Below are positions 28,428 through 42,700 of a stretch of 64,000 nucleotides of DNA, piece by piece (positions within the stretch are counted from its first letter, which is position 1; each line of letters begins with the position of its first letter). The notes below the pieces were generated by a model. That model saw only the letters and a program-made list of their open reading frames with translations, made no database searches and was not told the origin of the DNA. The stretch lies in assembly GCA_965603825.1 (NCBI GenBank), contig CBFDEM010000035.1:434001-498000 (forward strand). Direction: 5' to 3'. A program made the translations under genes and the position numbers. Origin of the DNA: Blepharisma stoltei ATCC 30299. Lineage: Eukaryota > Protista > Ciliophora.

Positions 28428-29055
28428 TTATCCCAAAAATTTCGCTGGAATTAGTTTTGCTGTTATCTTCATCTTCTCAAGATTTTTTAGTTCATTAAAA
28501 TTCTAAAGGCAGCTGTTAAAAATATATTCAGAATGACCAAGATTGCTCATCCCACGGTCTTTGATTCTATAGTAAAGCTATTACAATAATGAAAAACTTG
28601 GTTTATCCCATTTAAATTGAAAAACTGCACTTCTTTGGTTTGGTCTTCATGATTATTTCATTTTCAATAAAAGATTTTCCCTGAATAATAATTAAAACAA
28701 ATAAACTCTGAAATATCATTAATAAAATGTATTTTTTTAACTGAAAAGCATTGTCATCATCTTAGAGGAAAACATTTTCGTCTATGAAAATCTCATTTCC
28801 TCGATATTATTTATATTTTCTGTCCCGATTAGTCGAATTTCCTTTAAAAGCTCTAAATTAACAATAAAATCCTTATAGAATAGTCTATTAATTCCTGTGG
28901 GCTGCTAAGATCGGTAAGTATATTTACCCTCTTGAAAAATGGCCAAGAGATTCTATTGATTTTTCGATTTTCTTAATAAAAAGTTTAATTCAATATCGCT
29001 TCCCCCAATAATAGCTGTAGCTGTATAAATTAAAACGGTTGAGCTTGTAGCATAA
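28428..29055 (-). pseudogene. Deleted, frameshifted relic of an array paralog (paralog 6/10-like subfamily)
   Basis: Manual translation gives collinear pieces STVLIYTATAIIGGSDIEL, IEKSIESLGHFSRG, PQELIDYS, KEVQFFNLNGINQVFHYCNS and the C-terminus NELKNLEKMKITAKLIPAKFLG*. These match motifs of paralogs 6 and 10 but are separated by indels and a large deletion. Confidence 0.8.
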
Positions 29056-29470
29056 GAGCAAGCGAAGCCATGCAATGCATTTTTTGCAGATTTTTTCGTT
29101 TTTCATAAAAATAAAACTTTCTATTATATCGAAACATACTATAGTCTTTTATAATTATATTTAAATAAGACTTATTATTTTATTTAAATTTTCAGCAAAT
29201 AAAATTAGAATTTAGTTAAACATATGTTTTTATATAAATTAATTTTCAGCTATTTATATCCTTTAAAAAATCTAAGTAATACCGTCTACTGAGCATTTAG
29301 GTAATAAGAATTTTATATGATACAATCGCCTATAAATTAATTGCAGTTGCTTTATATAAAAAGATCATCAAATAAAAATCAAAAAAACTGATTATATATA
29401 TTAATATAAACTTAAATGCCTCTTCTTCCTAAAGTCGCATAATGGAATTTCAACCGGATCATAGATAAGT

Positions 29471-32400
29471 TTATTTAAAATATTTATTAGGAATTAGCTT
29501 CGCAATGAGTGTCATATTTTCGAGCTTTTTTTGTTCTTTTAATAAAAACGGTAAATAAAAAACAAAATATAAAATTCATGAGCATACAATAAAAATACCC
29601 AAGGTTATTGCAATTCACCGCAATTGCTGCATAATAGCATTTTGTGAGTCTTTATCTGCTAAATCTACCAATAAATCATACTCACTGTCCAAAGCGTTTA
29701 TTTCTTTAACTAATTTAAACCAAACTTCAAGATAATTGTCTAAACCTGAAAAATCTAAATAATAAGCTTCAAAAGGTAGCAATGCTCCAGCTGTGTAAAC
29801 TCCATAATCTCCAATTTTTGCTATATTTCGTGTATTTTCATAAAAGACTTCACTAAACTTGTCAGAAAGCAATGGAGAATATTTTTTATTTCTTATTTCT
29901 CTTTCAGAATTTAGCAATGAAGATATTACATTGTTCAAGCAAGATAATTCATTAGAAAATGGGTAAACGCCAGATAAATAAATAGGTAAAGCAATTGGAG
30001 TTGTTGATATTGAAAACTCACTTGTCCAAACAATTAAAGATTTATATAGAACTTGGGAATTTATTATAGTTCTAAGAAGACTTGGCCTTAAATGCAAATA
30101 TTCTACGCAATTTTGATACAAATAAAGATAGTTTACTAAAAAAAAAGCCAAAGCTAAAATGAAATAAACTGAATTTCTCCAAAAATATTTTCAATGGTTT
30201 TTAAAGTTTCCGATTTCACTGATTTTCTTTGTGTCAGAAAATAAAATATTGTTTTGTCCATGCATTTCTGAAAGCCTATCAAAATAATTTTTTTTAAGAT
30301 GCTCATAATTCTTGGATGCATTCTTTTTAATTTTATTTCATAAGTTATTTTCTGCAATTATGCTATATCTAGCAAAAAACATTGTAATTACTAAGCAAAT
30401 AACTAAATTTGCAAAGCCAACGACCAGCAATATATTCATTCAGGATTCGAGCTCTTTTGAGTTATTCATAATGCAATCAGTAAAGGTGTATAAAGAGCTG
30501 TTGCAATAATTGAAAATTTGGCTTAGACCATTTAAATTGATAAATTTGACTTCTTTTGCATCATTTTGCTTATTATTATATTTATCAAGAAAAATATTTC
30601 CCTGTATATCAGTTACAACATTAATAAATTGTGAAACAGCATCAATCAAATTGGCTTCCTTTATATAAATCCCATCAAAATTTTCTCAAATCGGAGCATT
30701 TTCATTTGTGAATGCATCATTTCCTCCACATGTATTCCATTCATTTAAATTATTCGTTATATTTTGATGAGTTTCTTCTAAAACTTTCATATAACTAATA
30801 ATTTGATTGTAAGAATAATCTACCAGTTCTTGTGAACTTCCCGCAAGTACACCTACACCTCTAGCATTATGAGCTATTCCTTGAACTGATTTTTCTACTT
30901 TTCCAAGCAAAATAAGCAAGTCAGTATTGCTCTCAGCCACAATTGCATTTGAAGTATATATTAAAACAATTGAGTTTAAAGTCATGACAATAAGCATCTA
31001 TGTTATTTTTACGGATAATATAAAAACAATATGGAAAATTTTTATTGAATGCGATGATAAATTCACAATTTTTTTTAAATTTCCTAAATGTGATGAGCTT
31101 TCAGAGTTTAGAGAAAATCTTTGCTGCGACTCAGTATTAAAATATTTTACGAACTTACCTTTCTGGCCTTGATTTGTCACATCACAGCTTAATTGATATT
31201 TGGAAGGATCCTCGAGATTGCTCTGACTATTTTGGATATTTTCATTCGATTTACTAACATTTGTTTCTGAAGAATCATCTGCTATTAAAATGTAATTAAT
31301 CTTTAAGCCATAAAACTCAAAATAACAAGGAGTTAAATTTATTTCAGTTTCAGTAAGCTTATATGGTTTAAAATCCTGTAATTCAACATTTTGCAAGCTG
31401 GGAAATAAATGATTAAAACTTAGTCCTTCAAAATTTTGAGCCATTTTCCCTATAAATTTTGAAAAGTTTTCACTATGCCAAGAAATTTCTTTATCCGGAG
31501 AAATCATTGCAAATCCAGAAGAATGTTTTATTTCTTGAAAAATAAATAATATATAAATCTGATTCGAAAGAGATATCAATGACGCTTTTCCAATACAATC
31601 AATAATAAATTTACTAGGCAATGACAAGAAAAAATGATTAGGAGTTTTTATTTCTACTTCTGTTGCAAATTGAAGAAGATGAAACAATTTACAGTTAAAA
31701 TAAGAATCATAAGGAGGGGGTATGAAAAATGAAAAATTATGTCCTGTGATTTCAATTATGGGGTACTTCAGTATTTCTGATGCTTTTTGATTTGCATAAG
31801 CAATTTTTCCAAAATTTTTATTTTCGAAAGATATGAGCATTAATCCATTATTTTCATCAAAAAAGCTTAAGTCTTTACTATCAGCATTTTGCTTGATAGA
31901 TAATTTATCAATAGATTGGAGCTTGCTACTTAGTAAATTTGATTTATCAAAATCAAACATAATATCTTTCATATATGTTAAATAATAAGATAAAGCTTCT
32001 TTAGATTTTGGGAATTTTTGGTGCAAATTAGAATAATTTTCTAAAATATTTGCAATAGAGCTTGAAATTACTTCCAACATTTTATTAATTTTTTTTGCAT
32101 TTGGATTTACAGATACAATTTCTTTTCAAAAATCTAGAAGTTTGACACATAAAATTGCGTCTTCCATTCTATTTTCGCCAATTTGTTGAAAATAATTCAT
32201 AAATTGAATACTTTCATGCCCTTCAAACTCCGAAACATTTTTTATACAAATATATTCTTGAAAATCTCCTTCTAGGCTGTGGCTAGAATATTTTGCTTTC
32301 CAGAGCTTTATTTTGGCTAAGCCATAATCGTTTAAGGTAAAAATACAATAATTAACTTCCCAAATAGCTAAAAGTTTATTTGAATATAGATTGGTGTCAT

Positions 32401-33577
32401 TAAAGCATCTGCCTAAAAAATATAAAATTGGATTCTTATTTTCTTCTATATTTTTCGAGCATAGATAACTCCTAAGATTATGCTCAAGGTAATAAGCATT
32501 TTTAATACTTTGAAGGTCTCTTGGAATTTTAGAAATAATTCTTTGATTCGAAATTTTTACTTTTCGGATAGTTAATCCAGCGATACAAGGGATTATCGTA
32601 AACATAAATAGCCAAATCACAATTGAGGTATCAATGATCTTCGCAAAAATGAATAATGCGGACAATAATGAAACTCCTAAAAATTTAATTGTTGCTAAAG
32701 AATTCATAAAAACGCTAAAGTATGGCAACTCACTGATAGTTAGCATTACTAAAATTCCAGAAATAATCATTAAAACTGTCTGAAAAAATATGATATACTC
32801 GCTACCTAATGCCTCAAAAAGCAAAGGTACAAAGAATATGAGTATTGCTGAATAAATGTCAATTTTTGAATGAGCTTTTGAGTCCAGCCTAATGTGGGTC
32901 AATGAGTGGCAGATTTTTGATGAGCAGATAGAATTGGCTATATTAAAAAAAAATAAGTAGACCAATCCCAAAAATATAAAAAATTGTGTATAATTGCCAA
33001 CTTCAAATGAAGAAATTTCATTTTTTTTAAAATATTCCCAAATATCATCATTCTTAAACCAATTATATTTTAAGCAAATAAAAAGTAAAGTGAATATTGG
33101 GAGTGACAAAAATTTGTATAAAACTTTACAATTTATTCAAAAATAATCAAAAACAATTACTGGTAATCGTTTTGATAGGTAAATAAATATTATAATGCTA
33201 AAAAATCCAAAAATATTTGCCATTATAATACCAAGGGATGCTAAAATACACAAATTTATAACCTCATACTCTGAGCATAGGTTATCTAGCCTTGCATATC
33301 CAATAATTTTTCAAATATTTTTATTTTCTTCTCAATCACTAATAGCTAAATTTGGAATCCATAAAAAACTTGCCACATAAAGAAACCAAATAAAATTTTC
33401 AATAAACAATAATATTTTTTGCTTTTTTAAAGAGCTTTTCTGCGCATTTTGCCTATGATAAATCATTCGATAAATCTCAAAAGCGGATTCTAATCAAGAT
33501 TTTTCATTTTTGACTTTGAGGCTGAATAATGATTTATCATCAAATCATTCAAGATTTGTTGAAATTAATTTTGACAT
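29471..33577 (-). CDS. TmcB/TmcC-like PAS-domain membrane protein, paralog 6 (~1358 aa)
   Basis: ATG 33577 (MSKLISTNLEW), TAA 29471. Introns 30998-31012 and 30602-30616 (GTAACTGATATACAG, stop-free). Confidence 0.85.
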
Positions 33578-34070
33578 ATATATTTATTATGCACAAGGAA
33601 TAAATAAATTTTAGCTGGACGTGAATAGTTAGCTCATCACCAAATTGAGAAAAATCTGCTTTGAATAAAATTAATTATATATATAAATAATAAAAAATGA
33701 AAGGGAATCAATCTGAATGTTATAAAATAGAGATCTAAAATGCATTGATTCTATGTAAGTAAGGATTAGACATTAATTAATAATTGAATCAATTTTAACT
33801 TGAGAATTCCTTGATTGATAATTCAAAATAATGCTATATCATAAGAAAAATTTAAAAAGATTAATTTTTTCATTAAGAAGCCTATTAATTAAAAGACAAA
33901 ATTTTTATATTTGCATTATGAAAAAAAATTAAACTTAAAACGATTCACTAAATTATTTTATTTGAATTTATTACCTCTATATTGTATGCAATCTTTAAAG
34001 TATTAACTAAAAACAATAAATACTTATTTAAGAGCGAATTTATCTTGAGACTAAATGATTTTAAAAATAA

Positions 34071-37000
34071 CTATAAATCATTTTGCTTAGCAATAACTTT
34101 TTCAGGCATGATCTGCAGCATAGAATTTATTTTCATTAAGTATTTTTTTTCGCTTCTAAAAAAGACCAAATATAGACTAAGATACATTATGATCGAAGTT
34201 ATAATATATATAGCCAAAACTCCAATAATAATATTCATTTCATCATCAATTACATTCTGCGAATACTGATTATACTCTTTGATAAAAATATTATAGTCGC
34301 CATCTAATTCTTGAAGGCTGTACATCAAAGGGAGTCATTCATTCATTGAGTTGCCTTCAAATTGTGCAATAAGGTAAGCATCAAGTATTGATAGTTCTCC
34401 TCCTGCATGAATTCCATACCTATGAACATCTACCTCGCAGTCTCCGTCATATTCAAAAAAAGGTTTTTTAAAAGACTCAGGCAAAATAGACGAATATTTA
34501 CTGTCCCTAAATGCCTTTTGAGATTTTTTTATACGAAAAATCACGTCTTCTAAATTATTTTCAGGATCTCCAAAAGGGCATCCATATGTCAATTGTTTTG
34601 ACAGTGAAAAAATTGAATTTTTCATTCCTGCTTCTGTTGTCCATGTGCTTAAAGTTGTAAATAAAACCTGGGAATTAATTAACGCTTCTGTCACCTCTGG
34701 TCGGTTATATACATACTCTGCACATTTTTCGTAAAAATATGTGATATTTATGATGCAAAATATGGAGGTTGTTAAGGAAAATAAGCCGATTCTTCATATA
34801 TATTTTCAATAACTTTTAAAGATTAATGGTTTATTCGACCGAGGTTGGCTATTAGCCTCAGTTTCAGGCTGGCTATGGATATTTGAAAGCCTTGAAAGAC
34901 ATGATTGCTTTAAATCTTTATAATATTTGTATGCAAATTTTCTTGTATTATTTCAGAGAATATTTTCAGTTTTAATCACAGCATAGCAAAATGGGGCCAT
35001 AATAAAAATTCCTAAAGAAAGCAACAAAACTCCAAGTAATAAGAGGGAAAAGATTTCAGTTTTGAAATTAAGGATGGCAGACTTTTGGCAGGATATAACG
35101 TCATATAGAGAATTATAGCTGTATTCGAAAGCTTCACCATATCCATTGAGCACAAAAAATGAAGTCTCTTTGGAATAATTTTCTGAATTTTTGAATTTCC
35201 TCATAAATTCATTTCCCTATGTAAAATTTACAAATTGAATAAATTGTGAAATCGTATCTATTAAATTCGTTTTTTCCTTATATATATCATCATCAATTTT
35301 TCATAAATTAATATTATTTTCACTAAAAATGTCATTCCCAGAGCATGAACCTCAATTTGTTAAATTTCCCGAAATATTCGTATACAAATTATCAAGATTT
35401 TTCACATTTTCTTCAAAACGGCTAAAACAGAAGTTTACAATTGAAGCTGCCTGGCTCAACGGATAAAATATAAAAATGAGTCTAGAAAGAAGTCCAATTT
35501 GTTGGAACGATTTTCCAATATCTCCTAATGCTTTTGGAAGGCTTAAGTCACGAACAGCATTAATCCTATTAAAAGCATAAAATAAAACTGCCAAATTAGT
35601 AAATATTACCACACAAATCTGATTAAAAGTTACCAATAAAACTAAAATAAGGTGTAAGACATCGATTGATCTTGATGATATTTTTATCATTTGAAGAAAT
35701 ACACATTGAGATGAGCTTTCTGTGCTTTGAGATTTTTCAGTATTATTTTTTTCTTTTATTATTTTGGTAGTTTCGTCTGATAAATAATCATGCCCAAGCG
35801 CTTCTTTTGACAGCAGTGGAGAGTTTTCTTCAGAAACTGAGGATTTGAGCATTTGAAATGAGAATGGAGTTGGCCTTACTGAGTTTTCACTAGAAAAATC
35901 GTATTGAGTCCTTCAATTTTCGTCTTTTCATTTAATAATTTCATTAGGATCGTTTATGAGAAGCACATAAGGGATTTTTATGCTATAAAATTCTGAGTGC
36001 ATAAATATCAAAATTGTTTCACTTTTTAAGCCTGGTATATGATATGGGGTGAGTGGTTGTAATTCAGTTTTTTCTAAGCATGGAAATAAAGATTTTATAT
36101 TGAGTCCTGCCAAATTATTACAATTTCCTGCAATTTCAGAAAATCCTTCAGAATAGCAATAAATTTCTCCTTCTTCAGATACTAAAGCAGCCTGATGTTG
36201 AGTTCGATTTATTTTGAAAACAAGTATAGTGACAAGGACGCTATTAATAGAAGTTATTGATGCTTTTCCAATAGTTTCTAACAGGTAATTCTTTTTGGAA
36301 ATAAAAAAGCAGCCATCATTAAAATAGGTATCCGTTGTTGAACTAAAATGCACCATATGATTCATTTTATCAAGAATTTTTGTTTTATAAGGCTCCGGAA
36401 TGAAACTTTGAATATTATTTCCTATAATATCATGTAATGACAAGTTGAAAAAACTCATAGCTTTAGAGTTTGCGGACAGAATTTCTCCAAAATTTTCGTC
36501 CTCATTTGAAATAAGCAAAATTCCGTTGCTACTATTAAAACAGCTTAAATTTTGAGTATTATTGGTTATGCTGGAAAAAATTCTATCAAAAAATCTGAGC
36601 TTGTAGTTAATCTTGTCAGAGTTATCATAATCATGCAAAATATTCCTCATATATAAAAAATACATGATTAATGCATCTCGAGAATTATGGTATTTTGTGG
36701 TAAGTTGTTTATATTCTGCATTTAAAAATTCAATCCCATCATCAATGGAATTTAAAGTTCTGATTAAATTATAAAAAGATAGGTTTTTGGAAGTAACTTC
36801 TTCCCAAAATGATGATAAATTTTCGCATAGTTTTCTATCTTGGTGCTTAATTTGATTGATTTTGTGGTAATAATTCTCATAAGATACGCTTTCATTTGAA
36901 TCGAATTCCGTAATGATTCTATTGCACAAGTATTCTTGATATCTAGCTTCCAAGCTCCATTCTGATAAACTTTTTGCTTTGGACAATTTAATCTTCGCTA

Positions 37001-38249
37001 GAGCTCCATTTTTTAAAGTAAATAAGCAGTAGTTTGCAATCCATATAATTTGAAGCTTACATCTATGTAAGCCTTTAAATAAGAAAAAATTTTCGAAAAT
37101 TCGTATAATTTCATCTTTATTTTTATGGTTTTCAGAGCACAATGCATATCTGAGAGATTTTTCTAAGTGGTATTGATCATGTATTCCATCAATACTTTCA
37201 GGAATATTTTTGCTTAGTTTTTTGTGTAGTTTTAAAGTGTAAATAATAATAAATATAATAGAGATAGGGAGTAAAATAATTGCAAATATAGAAATAGATA
37301 ATGAATTATCTAAGCAGTAGCCAAAAATAAAAAGAAAAGATACCAGGGCAACGATAAAAAACCGAATAATAACGACTATACTACAATATTCTGAAAAATA
37401 AGGAAAAAATGAAATTGTCTCGGCTATTAAAAATACTGATATAATTAATGCTAAAATCTGTAAATGTAGGATATAATTATCAGCAAATATTGAATAAAAA
37501 ACTGGGAAAGAGAATGTAAAGATTGCTGTATGAATCTCTATTTTTGAATGAGCTTTTGCATTAACTGTACTTTTTGCTGCACAGTGGCGAATTTCAGATG
37601 AAAGAATAGAATATAATAAAATAGTCAGAAAACATATTAAAATTGCAATAATGCTTAAAGTTTGTATTGGGCTTGAAATTTCATATTTTGCTGAATCTTC
37701 ATTTTTTTTATATTCAGTGACATTTTTTTGTTGTGAACTGTATTTAAGAAACAAAGTGAATATTTCTAATGAAGGGATGCATAAAAAATTTAGCCACAGC
37801 CAGATAAGTCTATTTAATAAGCTTATTATAATTTTTGGCAAGCTTTTGGAAAAGTAAATAGCTAAAAAGCATGCAAAAATGCCTAAAATTACTATAAAAT
37901 CATAAGCCATTGAGATATATAAACATTTATCTTCAATATCAAAGGCTGAGCAGGTATTGTCTATTTTTACATAACCTATAGCGACTCACATAGTCATATT
38001 AGCCTCCCAATCTGAAATTAAGAGATTTGGAATCCATAGCAAACTGACCATTTGAAGACACCAAATAGTAGCTTCAATTGCCAATTTTAATTTTTGTTTT
38101 ACTAGGGATTTTTCTTTGCAATTATGATGATAGTATAATATAAAGAAAAATTCAAAAATTGTGTCTTCTATTGACTTTTTTTTCTTTGGCTCTGCTTCCT
38201 TTTTGTTCAAAATAGAATCCTCGCTTATTTCAGTAGCGAACTCAATCAT
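34071..38249 (-). CDS. TmcB/TmcC-like PAS-domain membrane protein, paralog 7 (~1382 aa)
   Basis: Co-frame fragments including a 660-aa ORF. Introns 35619-35633 (GTAACTTTTAATCAG, stop-free) and 35217-35231. Closest to paralog 5. Confidence 0.85.
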
Positions 38250-38849
38250 ATTGAAATTAATTAATTAATTAATTAAAACAACACAATATAATTAAAAACG
38301 AAAAGATCGAAATTAATTTATTCAATATTCACATTTTTATTTAGAGTCACAAAAAAATTATTATTATTTATTAGAAAGGCATCAATAAATGCAATTTTTA
38401 TAGGGCCATTTTATTGTTTAGATTAGAAATAGCTCATATAGTGTGTTTTTAAGGATCGGTTACCCCTTTTTCTGTTTCTTTTTAATCTTTTAATTATTAC
38501 TTAGTTGCAAATTATTGATAAAACTTAATAATTACTTAGAACTTATGATAATAAACTTATAAAACACTCCATATTGGAGCGAAAAAGTCATGAAATCCAT
38601 GCACTCTGGGTAAATGATCAGCCCCAGCTCAGAGGGGTTATGGTAGCATATTACGGGGTTGTCTGTTAGATCGGGCTCACACCTCCTGATCGAGGATGAC
38701 TGAGGAAGGAGAAAGTGAAAGAACTTTTTCCTCATGCAGCAATGCCGAACTCTTTTGAATAGCACTAACTTAAATAGCTAACTCATAATGGCGGCAAAAT
38801 ATATATGAATCTAATTCTAATTAATTAGCTAAAATATTCAAAAAAACTT

Positions 38850-39375
38850 TTAATCTGATATTATCTCTGATTTTCTTTATATGCTGTTTTCCTTTATGGA
38901 AAAGTCAAATATTAGCACAATAAAATGGCTAAAACAATTATATTGCATTCATTTGCATTTATGAGTATTTACTCATGCAATCAATTAAGCTATTGCAACC
39001 TGTGTCTAAATTTTGAATCTCAATAGCCAAATTATGCTTATATTGATAATAGGCAAATATTTTCAAAATATTAAATTATCAAAAAGTTATTGGCTTATTT
39101 CTAGTAAATTTCTATATTCAATCATCTGGATATTGGTATCAAGAAATAGCATCCCTTAAGTTTGTGTAGTCATTGTTAAAAGGAATTGGATATGAAGTTT
39201 GTGCTTCCATAGAAACTTGACTAGCTGCTAAGGCCACTTCTGATTGATTGCAATAATGGAAGGCTCATCATATCCATTTAAAACAAAAAATGTGACTTCA
39301 CTTGTAACATCTACTGAGTTATTTAATTTCTTTATAAAATCATTTCCAATTATGATTTACTAGTTGGTTAAAACT
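38850..39375 (-). pseudogene. Deleted relic of a paralog-8-like gene
   Basis: 39240-39375 is a decayed nucleotide copy of 40768-40905. 39140-39215 translates SMEAQTSYPIPFNNDYTNLRDAIS, versus SIEGQTEYPNPFSNTYKKFIDSVS in paralog 8. A YLTF.IKE-like C-terminal remnant lies near 38890. Confidence 0.75.
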
Positions 39376-39756
39376 ACAAATTCTATTCATATAGCATATA
39401 TAGGGACATCAAAATATGATCAAGCTATAGTTATTAATACTATCGAGAAGCTCGCTGTAATTCTACAAGGACTTATAAGGATTAAAATTTTGCAAATTTT
39501 AAATAGAAGCATTCAGCAATATAAACTTTTCTTGATTTAAGCACCAAGCCATCTAATGAGTTTAAAAAGTTTTCATAAAAATTATTTAAAAACTGCACAT
39601 TTCAGTACTTATATACTTATTACGCCTTAGAGCTTGATTTTGCAGAAAATTTAATTATTTATTTAAGTTATTTAATATCCCTTGCACGATTCATACATAT
39701 TTAAAAACTGTAGCATATAAATATTATTTAATCTTTGAATTCTTCCTAAAATTCTA

Positions 39757-42700
39757 TTATTGTGGCATGATTTCTAACATTGAACTGATTCTCTTCAAAT
39801 TTCGCTTTTCTTTTATAAAAAATGTCAAATACAAGCAAGCATACATCACACAACAGCATATAATAAAAATAACTAAAGCTGCAATTATTATTTTCATTTG
39901 CTGATTGATTACGCTTAGAGAGTACTTATTGATGCTATCAATTAAGCCATCATAAATAGAATCCAAGTCCTGTAGTTCAACAACTAAGTTTATCCAATCA
40001 TTTATATATTGAGCATCAAAGCGGCTAATAAATTCAGCTTCGGTTATTGAGTATTCTTCAGCTGCATAACTACCCATCCTATGCTCTAATCTTTCACTTT
40101 TTGCATACTCTTCATAAAAACGCTGTTTAAAGCTGTCAGAAATAATTGGAGAATATTTTGGATCCCTTATTTTCTTTTGTTGCACATTTATACGAGAAAC
40201 TGAGTCTATGAATTTTTTATAAGTATTGCTGAATGGGTTTGGGTACTCAGTTTGTCCTTCTATTGAATATGAAGTGATTTTTAATGATGCTTCTGTAGTT
40301 CAGACGTCTAAATCTGTAAGCAAGATTTGAGAATTCAGGAGATTTTCGATGAGCTCAGGCCTGGAGTATAAATATTTAATGAGCATGCCATAAAAAACAG
40401 TTATGCTAACTATACAAAACGCTGAAGTTACTATTAGCAGTAAACAAAGTCTCCATATGTATTTCCAGGAATTTCTAAAATTCTGATCATTTTTGAATCG
40501 GAGCTCATTGTTAACTGTAGTTTCAAGTTTAGAATGAATACTTGAAAGTCTTTCAATACATGGCTGATAAAGCTTATCATAATACTTATATGCATGCTTT
40601 CTTATTTTATTTCACAGAATATTTTCATTTTTTATTGCAGAGTAGCAAAATGGGGTCATAAAACAAATGCATAAAGCAAATGCAAATATTCCGACAATCA
40701 AAAGAACTAAAATTTCACTTTTGTAGTCAAGAATCTGGGATTTTTGGCATGCAACTATTTCATGCATTGATTGATTGCAATAATGAAAGGCTTCATCATA
40801 TCCATTTAATACAAAAAATACAACTTCATTTGAAACATCTATTGAGCTATTTAATTTCTCCATAAAATCATTTCCCTACTTATAATTTACTAATTGGATA
40901 AACTGAGAGGTTGTGTCTAATAAGCTTGCTTTTTCCCTATAGATTCCATTGTTAACTTTCCATAAATTTATGTTTTTTTGAATGAAAAAATCTTGTGCTG
41001 AGCATAGATTATTTTTGCTTAAAAGAGATATCGCTTTTGAGTAAAAAATCTCCAAATTTTGGATGTTTATCGCAAAATATTTATAAGAAAATTGTCATAC
41101 AATATTATCTCCAAAATCTTTAAATATGCTTGCGAGCCTTGAAAATAAGCCCATTTGTATAAAAGATTCTCCAAGATTTTCTAAAATTATTGGGACATTT
41201 GCATCTCTCACAGCGTTAATACTATAATAGGCATAAATTAAAACTAATATATATGTGATCAGCATTCATAGAATCTATATAAATATTACTGCTAGCACAA
41301 ATACCAAATGCACCACATTTATTGATCTTGATGAAACTTTGACCATGTGAATAAATGCATTTGGGGCTATATTTTTGTTTTTTTGAGGCTCATCTTCATC
41401 TTTTGTATATGCCAATTTGCTTTCATACCTTCTTGTTTTGTCTATAGTCAATTGGATATCATTTTCACAATCGATATTTTTTTCATAAGTTTCGTCTTGA
41501 TAATTTGAAGAGATTTCGTTAAAATTTGATGGCCTCAGTGCGTTATACAATTTTGGACTATTTTCTATTAGATTTTCTTCATCAAGGTTTACTTTAAAAT
41601 TTTTAATTTTTCATTCAGAGAATTCTGCATAGTTGCTGATAAATATAATGTAGGGTATTTTAATTCCAAATGTATTTGATGTCAAAAAAACTAAAATTAT
41701 TTCATCATGCAAAGATAAAAAATAAGGAGAATGTTGCTGCAGATCAACATTTTCTAAATCTGGAAAAATTCTACTAAGAGGAAATCCTGTCAAATTATAA
41801 CTAGGCTTTCTAACTAATTGCGGGAAACCTTTTGTATAGCAAAGAATTGTCTTATTGTCTGAAATCAACGCAGCTTGATGCTCATAGTCATTTATTTTGA
41901 AAACTAATATAGTGGCTAGATAATTATTAAGTGAACTAAGCAAGGCTTTTCCCATGCACTTTAATAAGTCACTATTTGGTGAAATTAAAAAAAAGCTTTC
42001 ACCTAAATCTATTTCTGTGTCCAAGCCAAAATTAAGCATTTTTTTTATATTTTCAGTAATAGAATTTTTATAATATAAAGGTATAAAACTGAATATATTG
42101 TCTCCAATAATTGATTTAAGAGGGAAGTTAAAACTTTCAGCAACCTTCGGGTTTGCAAAAAGAACCTCCCCAAAATTTTCTTCTTCGTTAGAAAAAATTA
42201 AAATCCCATTATTGCAGTCGAAATAGCTCATATTCTTGATAGTGTTTGAATAATATCCTTCAAAAGAGTTTACTTTGTAGCTGACTTTGTCATAATTTTC
42301 ATAATCATAGATAATATTTTTCAAGTATGAGCAATAAAGATCTAATCCTTCTCTTGTATGAAAGTCAGTTGTCAGCTTTTTATACTCATTGCTTAAAAAT
42401 TGTATGTCTCTGCTTATAGAGTTAATAGAGTCAATCAATTTTGAAAATTTAGGCTGCTTTGAAGCAATTTCTTTTCAAAAACTTGATAGATTTTTGCAAA
42501 GTACTCTGTCGATATTTTTTATTTCATTTAATTTATTGTGATAGCACTCAAAAGCAACACTTTCATTTGATTTCGAATCCATTATTTCTCGATAACATAA
42601 ATATTCTTGATAATTCGCCTCCAAGTCTCAATCTGAAACTGTTTTACATTTACATATTTTAATTTTTGCTAGACCGGCATCTTTTAAAGTAAATAAACAA

